From Tubulanus polymorphus (taxonomy: Eukaryota; Animalia; Nemertea), in assembly GCF_964204645.1 (NCBI RefSeq), contig NC_134034.1:5802914-5866913 (forward strand): a stretch of 64,000 bases of DNA. The letters are read 5' to 3'. The translations under genes and the position numbers were made by a program. Positions 13,953 through 25,255 of the stretch are shown in pieces (position 1 is the stretch's first letter; each line of letters begins with the position of its first letter). The notes beneath the pieces are model-generated. The model searched no databases and had not been told where the DNA came from. It was given only the letters and a program-made list of their open reading frames with translations.

Positions 13953-14929
13953 GTAGCTTCATTTATCGTCTTCATGAAATAATACCAATTGCAAAGATGC
14001 AATATCTGCAAAACAGTACAATTGTTTTTTTTTTCAACTAACACGACAATATTTTGCAGGAACATATCGATTTGTTTTTTCAATGAATAACGCTAAATGA
14101 AGTTGAATTGACTTGGGCTGAACAAAATACATATAAAATTACTGAAGAACACTGTGGTACCCAATGTACTACACAACAAGCTTGGCAAATCTACTACCCC
14201 AAGTTTTAAACCTTTCCCGGGTTAAAAAGAAGCATACGGTAAAAATGTCAATACTTAAATTCCCAGTTTTATTTCCCTAGTTATCAAAACTGGAATCTGT
14301 TCTAGCGGCAGCAGATTACGTAACAATCCTTGCATAGCATTACAATTCGACGACATAGTCACGGTGTATATCCCAGGGGCTAGTTTAAGGATTCTTGAAA
14401 ACGGAATTCCTAAATCAATTTAAACTGCACTGGGAATCAATATGAGAGTTTAACATTCGTGCAATTCTGACGCAGAGGCACTAACAAATAGCCACACAGC
14501 CAATTAACAATTCAAAACGCAAACATAAAAAGCAACAATTAACCAGCAAAATCAATTTTGCAATCGATTGTGATCACAATATCTAGGCCTATGCCTCAGT
14601 ACCAATTTAATATGGAAATACCAAGTTATTCTACTATTCAAAGCCCCTGTTTTTCTTTGAATACCACGTTTTTGAAGAAAATTAAGTAAATTCGCAGCGG
14701 CAATAATTAGAACCTGTCCAAAGTCGGTATTTGGCTGCAGCAATCAAAAGTTGCTTCCAACGTGCCTGCACAGGACAGCAGCCTTGAGTGGGATCCACCC
14801 AATATTTCCTATGCTGATGGGCTCTTGGATACAAATATATACGAAAGATCAAGATAATTGATCAAAAGGTCTTCTAAATTTTCCTTGGAAACTTGAAAAA
14901 TGTGTAATAAGTGCTGATTTTGGCAAACG

Positions 14930-15137
14930 AGAATGGCTGCCAGTCGGCCATCTTGAATCTGACAGGGCCAGTTTTTGGGCTGAAAATGCGTCTAGGGTAG
15001 ATACATTTGTAACCCAAACATTTAGACATTACATTGAAGCGTCTTCAAAACTTCCCAAAATAACTGGATTCCGTCTACGGACAGACGAAAAGTGAACGCA
15101 ATAGCCCGCTGGGGCTAAAGTCCCAAGTGGGCCAAAA
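14930..15137 (-). mobile_element. Helentron-associated (DINE-1/HINE-like) non-autonomous element end
   Basis: GACAGACG microsatellite remnant followed by the hairpin AGCCCGCTGGGGCTAAAGTCCCAAGTGGGC and an A-run. An inverted homologue lies at ~39638-39770. Confidence 0.55.
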
Positions 15138-15460
15138 GGCAGGCTAAGGTCAGTTTTTACTTAGAATCTGCCTTTTTGTTGACATCTCTTTTATATCTTG
15201 ATCAAGGGGAAACCCTACCCAACCCTAACTCCCTGGACCCTCTAGACCCTAACGAAACCCAAACCCTGAACCCAATAGGCCCAACGATCTTTATTATTAT
15301 GGAGCCATTGGCAAAACAGCGTTTACAAAAAAATGCCACATTGGCAAAATATCCACTTCCAAACATACACTCGAGGCCGCTTCAATTTCAAGCGGCCTTG
15401 AGTGTATGTTTGGAAGTGGATATTGAAGAAATAGTGGATATATTAAAACTTCACTTTCAA

Positions 15461-15650
15461 GCGGCCTCGGTAGCTAGGTGAGATTAGACGTGATGTTATT
15501 GCATCCACTGAGTGACAAGTGGGTTCGAGTCTTGCTGGCTGCTTATAGTGTGCGGGCAACACTTCAGAGGCCATCCCGTAGTGAGGTTAAATGAATAATC
15601 CGATAGTGTTAGTCTTCGACTGGGAAATCGAACAAAATCCAAGCGACGTA
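15461..15650 (+). mobile_element. Degenerate tRNA-derived SINE
   Basis: A-box-like GGTAGCTAGGTG (~15469) and B-box GGTTCGAGTC (~15522), followed by a body sequence. Confidence 0.45.
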
Positions 15651-17013
15651 TAAATTAGCAAAACTAACAAAGACCCACCAGACCCGAGGCCGAACCCCCT
15701 ATCTGGGTCATCGTGACTCACTCAATGGGCATGATGGATACTGTGGATAAGTTAGTGCCCTATTTTCACTGTGCTGTAGTCATTGAGTGTCCCTGGATCA
15801 GCGAGCGCCAGCTGGACACAGAGCCGGAAAAAACTAAAAACTGGACGGTCCGCGCGCGCACCATGGCAGGCCTTAGATTCGTGCCACAACTGAACACCCT
15901 CAAACCACGTGCCTCAAACTGAATCACACGAAAAATTGACCTAAGTAACATTTCCTGCTGATGTTGCTTGTGTGATCTTTCGACTATTGTTAGGCCTAGT
16001 AGGCAGCGACTGCTGTTTAGGGCCTTTAGAGCTGAAAAATTGAGTTCAAATTACGCTGGCGGAACGGGGAATCGGCTTGCGGCATATAAACAAAGACTGG
16101 TTTCCGCTTACATAATCCAATCAAATAAAGATTTATTCCTACTCACACACCACCCGAGGGCATTACACCATAACGACGTAGCAAAGTTAGCCTCTTTTAT
16201 TAATCTTTTATTAGGGACAGATTAAGGGATTTATTTTCGATTTCGTTTCACAATTCATGTGGTCCGAATGGGCCCTACAAATTCTCGTCTACTATGCTGT
16301 TCTGATATATTATATATTTGTCGAACTCATTACGAGGCGGTTGCTTCAGAGAAAATGGAAATTTAGCCTAGTTCACATTAACGAAATATCCATTATGGAA
16401 GGCCAAACGTAGAATTTACTATGGTGGCCACAAAGTGTCAGTCTGGACAGCAATAGCATACGTATTTGGTCCGGATATACGGAAAAGAATATATAACCGG
16501 TGACCTATGCATGGATTATCATGGAATGTTCCAAGGGTTATTGCGGCCACGCTCCATCACTGTTATAACCATCACGTCAGTACGGTATGCCCTACCGTAA
16601 TAAATCAAATACAAAATACTACCTGGTACTCGAAAATTGCTAAATGCATCTTTCACATACCCTGGAAAATATTCAACTGAAATAATTTGAAAGTTTCCTC
16701 AATTTATGTTGATTAACTGCTACTGCCTACCGGCAAATGTGCTATATGCCTGACGATGAGCCAAAATATCTTTCTAGAATACACGTTGAGTACAACTATA
16801 AAATTGGTCAGACAATTGAAGTAACATATTCCCCCAAAGCATGTTTAATCAAGTTATTTACAGTATTTTCACTCAACTATTTCGTTTACCGGTACGAATA
16901 CCCTAGAAATATTCGTTACGGTACGGTACTAACCGTTAATACGGGATTGAAGAAAGATCAAAGTTAAAAATCTCTACCGGTACCCGAATTAAAACAGTTA
17001 CAATAAGGCCTAA

Positions 17014-17487
17014 TTGTAGAACAACTGAAACTGATTTCGACTGACATTTTTCATTTTTTTTAGTAATCCCCAAGGTCCCGATTTTTCCAGTTCGTTTTCC
17101 TATCAAAATCTGTCTCAAAGTCGGATTCTAGAATTCGGAAATTCGGCTAAGTGGGCTAGAATATATGTCCCGAACGTTTCAAAGCAATGCATATTTTCCA
17201 TCTCGTAGTCATTCGGCTAACTTCGGTTCTTTTTAAGAAAATCGTTACTGGCGCGCGGCGTCTATGGTAGATTGATTTTTCTGTCGACGGACAGTTAAGC
17301 ACATGTTTACAATAGTTGTCGGCTATAAAATAGAGTATTGACCCCGTCAATCAGTTAGGTTTTATGGTCTTAATATGTAGCTGATTCGGATTTTTCTTGG
17401 AAAAAACCCAAATCCGACATACTCATAATCGGAATTTTTCGAATAACATTTTCCGTTGTCCCAACGAGTCCGACTACAGTTCTACTG
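17014..17487 (+). mobile_element. Tc1/mariner MITE, copy 2 (same family as 647-1125), nested in the Foldback loop
   Basis: Shares CCTATCAAAATCTGTC..AAAGTCGGATTCTAGA, CATGTTTACAATAG and the ...AGTTCTACTG|TA end. Confidence 0.8.
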
Positions 17488-18834
17488 TATATATACGTCT
17501 AATCGTATAAGTTTCATTTCATACTTTCTTGGCCAACAAAACCGACAGATTTGGCCCTACCCCATGCACTTCTTCCTGGGTTAGAAAGTCCGACACATTG
17601 GGGGGGGGGGGGGCAGGGGGCTTCATCAGAAGCAGCAATGTGATACGTTAACAGGAGAGCTATTCGCTGGTATGAAACATGATATAAAGGGATTTTTATC
17701 CCAATGCCCTCCTATTGGTATATCGGCACAAACCAGATGGCGCTACAATACACTCAGTTACTGTTGGAGGCCCGTGTTTTCGGTTTCCCGCTGTTGACCG
17801 TTATCGTGAAATGAATCATTCCCAGATGATGGTCTTTCGTCGGTCCGGGGGTTCGGATTTTCACAGTGCGTTGCGGCGTTTTTGATGTTGTGAGTCGTTG
17901 TGATTGACATTTCCTGTAAGTGTATGGTTAGTTTATGAAATATTTCGGGTGGTTACTACCACCCTTCTTCAGTCTAAAATGACTTGCCAAATACAAACAC
18001 AGTATTAATACATGAAATATGAAATAAGACACGAATCGCTGCACATTACGTTATGGGGACTAGAGCACTGACATAACTTAGAAGAAGTGTATTATGGGGG
18101 CTGAAACCATTATTGAGGTTGACAGAACGATCGGAATGAGTAGTAATCAAAGCAGATTCAACTATATGTCGTTTAGTGCGACTACTGTTGGGAAAAATAA
18201 ATTGGCTCCAGAAAAATGAGAAAAGTTGACTCGAATTTAATTGAAATGTACTGAAGAAATTGAAGCATGGTAATTGAGTAACTACTAGCGGTTAGAGGTA
18301 TGTTCTTTAGACAGACCCGTGAATCTGGCGGATCCTCGCATACCATACTTGAAATTCTTGATTGCCACAGTAGCGTGGCCGGGTACCCATCTTAGCTACG
18401 ATTACGAAACTTGACTGCCAATTCAGAAGCACTGACCGTGACCAATTTAGAAATTACTGTTTGGCAATTTGGCAAGGCCTAGTAGTTGAAGTAGTTGAAG
18501 ATTATGTTCTGATGCAATGGTAACTTTGCTAAGGCAAAAAATAGTATCTTCACGATAAATCAATAAGAGCTATGTTTTCGATCGTTCAAGTGGCAAACGT
18601 AAAAACACCTCATTGATGTTATGTTTAAATTATTTGATGTGTGTCGCTCCTATAGCCATGTACGGGTATGAGATATGAGGATATGAAAATCTCGATTTAT
18701 TAGAAAATACTCATTGTTTCTTCTGTGCATTTTAATGTGACAAAATATTCTCGCATATTTATTGGTAAAAATAAAGTATTAGCCACGACAACGTATTATG
18801 ATGTCAGATTATGTACAATATAAATCGAATATAT

Positions 18835-19435
18835 GGCCAAAAAGATGCCCTGTTTCTCATCACATTGTTTTTTACCATGACGAGGGCGGGCGGTTTTCAT
18901 TTTTCTGAACTTTTTTTAAAAAAAGTAGAAATAAAAATTGTTTGAATTTTTTTTGGAGATGCGGGAGGTGTCTATTCTATTTCTATTACAACAATGAAAA
19001 TATCCCTCAGTGATTTCTCTACAGATGCGGCAGATAGTTTTTTTATTTTTGGCACCACATTTGCACGAACAATAAAAGAGAAAACGCTTCGAAATGATAA
19101 TCACGCCAGAAATCAAACGCAGAAATAGCTCCACGGCGACCTTGGCATTTGACATAGGCCTACGGTAACCGACCCCGTTGGAGTCATCAAAGGTGCCGAT
19201 GATATTTATACGATCAACTTTTCTCGATACGTTCATAGAGAAATGAAATGATAAAAAGATGACGATATGGTTAGTATATCAATGCGGGTAGGGGGATTTT
19301 AATTCTTATTAAAAAAAACACATTTATCTTCGAGCTATGATGCGGGAGGATAGACATTATTTTCATCTAATTTTCCGATGATTTTTCCGATGCGGGCGGG
19401 ATTTCAAAATCATGAGAAGAAATGCATTTTTGGCC
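18835..19435. mobile_element. Harbinger-like MITE (GGCCAAAAA TIRs) inserted in a 540-bp unit of the right arm
   Basis: Ends GGCCAAAAAG / ATTTTTGGCC. Unit sequence resumes on both sides (18760-18834 and 19436 onward). Probable TTA target, with one mismatch. Confidence 0.7.
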
Positions 19436-19829
19436 TAATAGAAATCGCACATTTATAGATGAAAACTTCGTTTCATTCGTCGTAAATGCGTACATTTGTC
19501 GGCATAGTCGTAACTGGAGCTTCCCCGAAGTGGTTGCGTGAAGAATTCCATGTTTGAAGTAAGTTTTGTAAAAGTGCATTGGTCTTCGTTTTAGTCATGC
19601 ATAGTTTTTGTTTTGCGTGTGTGGGTGTTACTAAAACTATGCACTACTAAAACGAAGACCTATGCACCCAGTTAAATTTTGGTTAATGGCGAATAATTAA
19701 TCAGTCACAATAACGCGTACTCCTAAATATGTCTGGTTTCGTCGCTATAGTATACTATTTATTAAAAACAATTACATCAATATCATTTATGTAGACCTAT
19801 CATTCTTAAAGCTCAGGTTTTTAGCGTAA

Positions 19830-20080
19830 GAGGTTTGGACGAATATTCATCCCAAAGTCAATATTTCGAATTATCAGACCTAGGTCATTTTCCTTCGTTT
19901 GACAGTCGGAGGAATATTCCTCCCGAAGTCGATACTTTGAATATCAGAACTGAAGGTCAAATTCTCTTCGTTTGACCTTGGGAGGAATATTCCTCCCAAA
20001 GTCAATTGTTTGAATATCAGACCCCTTGGTCAAGTTTCCATCGATTGACTTTGGGAGGAATATTCCTCCCGCAGTCAATT
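19830..20080. repeat. 71-73-bp tandem array, each unit with a ~34-bp palindrome
   Basis: Consensus TTGACTTTGGGAGGAATATTCCTCCCAAAGTCAA. GAATATTC centres at 19841, 19912, 19985 and 20058. Confidence 0.85.
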
Positions 20081-21905
20081 TTCACAATAGCGGTCCTCTT
20101 AATTGGTGATGATCAATGATCGTGCGGCTCATATTTCTATTGTGTGCCTATCCGGTGTAACGCGCGACACGCTTACATAATCTTATCTGTAAATGTGAAG
20201 ACCTCGGGGGCATTATGTTCTCTAAAGCCCGACATTATCCCACATTCGGGACTGTGAATGGGTTGATTTTACGGATGAGTCGACATGTTTCAACAATTTT
20301 TAACTGTTCATTTTTGAATATTTGAAGACTAATGAACTAAAAATTACTTAAATTTTTGATACATTTTGAGAAAGTCACAAAACATTTGAGACTGCGTTAA
20401 CAGTGGACTTCGATCGATCAGGATCCGATCAACCCGGATAACCGTTCGATTCTAGGATGTTTTTTGAAAAATGTTGGACAACTTTATAAAATACATGACA
20501 TCCTACTCGGATATCAATCGAGTCGGTCATATCATAACGGTCTCAAGATGAGATCCGGCTCGAGCGGAGTGTAGAATATTAATACAAGAAAAGAATCCTA
20601 AACATTTATTTGTGAAAATGATGTATTAGCCAGCAAATCGAATATAATAGAAATCGCACATTTATAGAGAAAAACTTCGTTTCATTCGTCGTAAATACGT
20701 ACATTTGTCGGCATAGTCGTAACTGGAGCTTCCCCGATGTGGTTGCGTGAATAATTCCATGTTTGAAGTAAGTTTTGTAAAAGTGCATAGGTCTTCGTTT
20801 TAGTCATGCATAGTTTTAGTTTTGCGTGCGTGGGTGTTACTAAAACCATGCACTACTAAAACGAAGACCTATGCACCCGAGAAAAATTACCGAACATTTT
20901 ACGTTTCCTTATGTATGTTTATATCGAGAAGGTCCCTATTGCCTATACTCATCGACAGAGGTGGTTGAATATATAGATAGCGCCCCTAGTTATGATTTCT
21001 AATGAGTGCATAGGTCTTCGGTCTTCGTTTTAGTCATGCATAGGTTTAGTCTCGCAAAGTGCATAGGTCTTCGGTCTTCGTTTTAGTCATGCATAGTTTT
21101 AGTCTCGCAAAGTGCATAGGTCTTCGGTCTTCGTTTTAGTAGTGCATAGTTTTAGTAACACCCGATTTTTGCGATCCATTTCTGTTAAATTTTTGTTATA
21201 TGTTTCCTGAACGATTTGCGTCGATTTTGCGATCAAATCGAATGTTCGTTAAAAGACGATTTAGACTCATCACATGACACAAACATAGCGACGCGGAAGA
21301 GAAAGGCGGCCCTCATAACTTTACTTGAAGATGGATTCTCGCCGTCTTGTGCCGGTACGCCCCCCCCCCCCGTGGCCACGGTCACAAAATAGCCTTTCCC
21401 TTTCCGTTATAATTGGATTTCGCGGGGGACAAACAACTCCTGCGCAGGAGTGGGTTCCTGCGTCCTCCTGCGATGGATTTACCGTAGATTCACTTATAAC
21501 GTATTATTTCCCAGGTCCCGATTTTTTCCTTCTACTCGGCCTCAGAGGGGAACCCCCTATCTCTTTGTGGCTCTTCACCGTTGGTCCGTTCGACTTCCTC
21601 GTGGAGATGTAACGGATTCCGTGGGCACGTACTGTAACCAGAATATCTTCTCCGTAATATTTGGATTTCGCGGGGGACAAGCAACTCCTGCAGCTGTGCT
21701 TGTCCCGCACCGGCCACCCATCTTAGGTCTCCATACGGCCTGGATCCCTTCCGGGGCGCCCCATATCTCTTCGTGCCTCTAAACCGTTGGTGGGTACGTA
21801 CGTCTGGGTCCGCTCGTCCTCCTTTTGGAGGCGAGTAATTCAGCTGGAACCCTCTGACGGATAAATTGCCGGTAGCGTGACTCCAGCCTCTCCTCAGCTA
21901 ATACC

Positions 21906-22077
21906 AATATTACAGTAAGTGTATAATTACGTTTTCATACCGAAGGTCGAAGGGTCGAGTTCAAAAATAAAAATAAATTCTCGCTGGCTCGAATTTATGG
22001 CGAGAATTTATTTTTATTTCATTCACTACCTTTCAACCTTTGATATGAAAACATAATTATACACTTACTCTAATATT
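21906..22077. mobile_element. Small palindromic MITE-like element
   Basis: AGTAAGTGTATAATTACGTTTTCATA / TATGAAAACATAATTATACACTTACT, with an inner pair AATAAAAATAAATTCTCGC / GCGAGAATTTATTTTTATT. Confidence 0.7.
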
Positions 22078-22569
22078 TGTATAATATTATTTTTTTAATA
22101 ATTTTGAAATATAGAATGATATAAATATTAAAATCTAAAGTTAATGAAATAAAAAATAAATATTATTTTAAATTGATAAATATCATTCAATATGAACCAA
22201 TTAATATCTTATCAAATTTATATTTTATGATTTGTACTATTTTCAATATTATTAAAATTATAAAATATAAATATGTTACTTGTATAAAATGTACCCCCTG
22301 TGTCTATATCTCCTTAGTCGTTAAATAATACCCCCTGTGTCTTTACATCTCCTTAGTCACTTTGGTAATTTTAGAAAATAAGAAATATAAAAGTAGTTTG
22401 AAAAACATGAAAATAATTTCTATAGGCCAATATTATCATAATTTTCTTACTATTTCAATGTTATGAAATTATGTTTATATTTTCAAATAATCAGTAATTT
22501 ATCTATATTTTCTAATTTATTAAAATATAAAAATGCATATCAAAATATAGTATAATAATTTTAATTTTA

Positions 22570-23210
22570 ACAAAACGTGATCAGGGTAAGCCAATTTTTT
22601 AAGAGAGTTGGATATATGGTCAAATTCAGCCGAAAGGAAGGTTTCATCGCATATCCGTAGTGCACGGAGAAAGAGGCCTTGAGCGAGACCAATTTTGATT
22701 GATTTAGCAGTTTAAAAGAAAAGAAGTGAAGGTATGCCACAACGTTGATAGGTTTACGGTAGACTGAGAAAATCAAATGAGTATATTTATTGTGAATTAG
22801 AACATCTAAAGAGTTGATGAAGTCAATAAAAGAGGTAAGATCAAGATCATCAGAAACTAAAGCACAGAATGTCATCAACATATCTAATCCAAAAGTTAGG
22901 TTTAGAGCCAGCGTAATTTGGATGAAATTCGGATTCAAAGTGTTCAAGGAAAAGATAAGCCAAAATTGGGGATAGGCCTAATGGGTTACCCAACGAAACC
23001 AAAAATTTGTTCATAGAATTTCTCTTGGAATTGGAAATATAGATTGGTGGTACAGAGTTCCAAAAGTTCAAGTAAGCAATCTACAGGAATTGGAAGATCA
23101 AGATTGAAGTCCGGGAGTTTTCTTCTTAAGAAATTGAGAGTTGGTTCCAATGGTATATTTGTGAACAAGGAAACAGCGTCGAAAGATGTAAAGTGTTGGC
23201 CATTAGGTTT
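22570..23210 (-). mobile_element. Penelope-like element reverse transcriptase fragment (frameshifted)
   Basis: LFTNIP...YFQFQEKFYEQIFG, GNPLGLSPILAYLFLEHFE, WIRYVDD and VYRKP...YLHF motifs across three frames. Confidence 0.85.
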
Positions 23211-23219
23211 GAATATTTT

Positions 23220-24460
23220 TCATTTTCGTTACTAAATAATTCATGATCTTTTGGATAATTGCTTAAGTCGAAATGATGTTTTAATGTTTTTAAATCTTTT
23301 GTTACGTTATTTGTTTTTAACTTTAATATGTTAGCATCAGTATTTCGGAGGATTAATGGAAATCCACCATTAAATGTACCATCTTCATTTGTTAAAGACA
23401 TATCTTAGATGATGGAATAAAAACTTTACCCTATGGTTATTAATTATCTATATTATTATGAAATTGTTTCATTGGGAATAATTCATCATCTTCTAAATCA
23501 TCATCTTCTAATTCTTGTTCTTCTAAATGATCTATATTTTGTGATTACCACTTTCAGTTCATTAGGTGTTCTTTATTTTCAGCTAAATTTTCATCCAATT
23601 GTTTTCCTATAATTTCTTTAGGTTGTTCTATTTCATTTTCTTTTTCATTTAAACAATGTTTTATAATATTCCAAATTTCATCTCGCTCCATTTGTTTCTT
23701 TTTTTCGCATGGAATTATAATATCGATATCTAAAAAATTCACAATTTTATCTAAAAAGAATTCATAATTAATTGAATCTCTTATATTATTATTATTATCC
23801 ACACAATAATCTAATATTTTTGTTTCTTTTATATTTTCCATATCTTTTCTTGTTAATTTAGGTTTTTTTATAATAATCGTTAAATAATAAATATAAATAC
23901 ATTTTCTTTATTGTGTTAACATATAATGGAAAAATTGTTATTACTGCATCTCTTTTAGTTATTTCACCATTTTTATTTTCTATTATTTTCATCCATTCAA
24001 GCCATTGCGTATGTTCTGGTGTATTTATTTCTATAGAAGATATTTTAAGAATTTCATCTAGATATTTCAATTTTGCTTCTACACGACAAAATTCTTGTTT
24101 TTTTATCACCCCATGAATTTTTTTTGATAACCACATTTATTACAAAATATCACAGAATCCTCCTGTATTAAATACTCATAAATAAATTGTGGGCATTTTT
24201 TTCTATCATATTTTGGTAAAAGATTTACATACATTTTTTGGTATTAACTTACATTTTCATTATGTTTTATTGATTTATTTTGTAGATTTCAATTACTTCT
24301 TGTAATAATCAATGTACAATATGTTTTTCTTACTAATTCATTATATTGTTTTTCTAATTATGCAAGTGTTTCTCTATCATTTAATAGCGTTATCACATGT
24401 TTAATCTTTTCTAATAGATTATTTTTACCTTCATTAAATTTCTTTAAATTTAGAAGAAAT
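23220..24460 (-). pseudogene. Very AT-rich, intronless, closely packed decayed ORFs; possibly virus-derived
   Basis: ORFs 23858-24136, 23554-23841 and 23126-23401 run head to tail. An upstream frame reads KKCPQFIYEYLIQEDSVIFCNKCGYQKK (zinc-ribbon-like). Confidence 0.4.
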
Positions 24461-24541
24461 TTTATATGAATGTGCTTCATCCATTTGGTTATTCTCTCAA
24501 TCTTCTATATTTTCTCAAATTCAACAAAGAGCAGATCTTAC

Positions 24542-24999
24542 CTGAGATGTCGCTTAAACCACTAGCACTACTGCTGGGCCTAGTAGAACTACCCGATGAA
24601 CTTTTGGCGAAAGAAGATGTAAATGGCATTACATCAGGATGTACCGCCACAATCTCTGTCATTTTTTCCAGCTCTTGGAATACTCCATCCTCGTCTATTA
24701 TGCTTCAATCTGTTGAAGTAAACTTATCAGGGGTGAAATCAAATTTCTCTACAACTGAAAGAAAGAATATTACGCCATTCTTCTTTGTGACTTAATTCTT
24801 GAATAATCTAGGTGGTGGTCGTGTTTCCTAAACAACCCCCTCACAGTCACAGTGGTAGGGTTTTCAGATCACAAAACATGGGACTGGGAGCTGATAAAAT
24901 TTCAAAGTCACCTTTAGCCGTTAAATCTCCAAGTGCGGTGACGGGAATTAGGAATCTCCGTTCTACATTCCGCCCGTTGACCAATTTGATTAATACCAT
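24542..24999 (-). pseudogene. Two-exon CIDE-N-like (ubiquitin-fold) gene fragment with an in-frame stop
   Basis: Exon 24999-24912, GT-AG intron 24911-24755 and exon 24754-24542 (donor GTAAG) splice in phase to MVLIKLVNGRNVERRFLIPVTALGDLTAKVVEKFDFTPDKFTSTD*SIIDEDGVFQELEKMTEIVAV... Confidence 0.55.
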
Positions 25000-25140
25000 C
25001 GTTACGACGTTAGTTCAGGAACAGGCCTATAAAAAACGTTAGACCATTTTGTTGATGAGGGATTGGTGTGTTATTCTTTGAAAGGAAGCTACATATTCTC
25101 TAAAAGTTAAATTATCACAATGGATTTGGTTGTCAAGTAG

Positions 25141-25255
25141 GATTGTAGGAAAAAATGGCCAAGGAAAAAATGGCCAGGAAAAAATGGCCATGGAAAAAAT
25201 GGTCAAGGTATTCGCATAGGAAGAGATGGCCACGGAAAAAAGGTCATGGAAAATT
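25141..25255 (+). repeat. GGAAAAAATGGCCA short repeats; probable terminus of a DNA transposon
   Basis: About 6 variant copies in a row. No partner end found. Confidence 0.6.

Larger units (their letters stand above)
9516..21163. mobile_element. 11.6-kb Foldback/MULE-like non-autonomous element with very long modular inverted arms
   Basis: Ends GGGTGTTACTAAAACTATGCAC / GTGCATAGTTTTAGTAACACCC. Direct repeat GATTTTTGCG at 9506-9515 and 21164-21173. Arms 9516-~11938 and ~19220-21163 are inverted homologues. Confidence 0.9.

Noticed and set aside
15210-15270. Telomere-like CCCTAA repeats (also 36435-36510)
   Set aside because: Few degenerate copies inside repeat elements, not a telomeric array.
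19830-20080. CRISPR-like repeat-spacer appearance
   Set aside because: The spacers are homologous to one another, there are no cas genes, and the context is eukaryotic.
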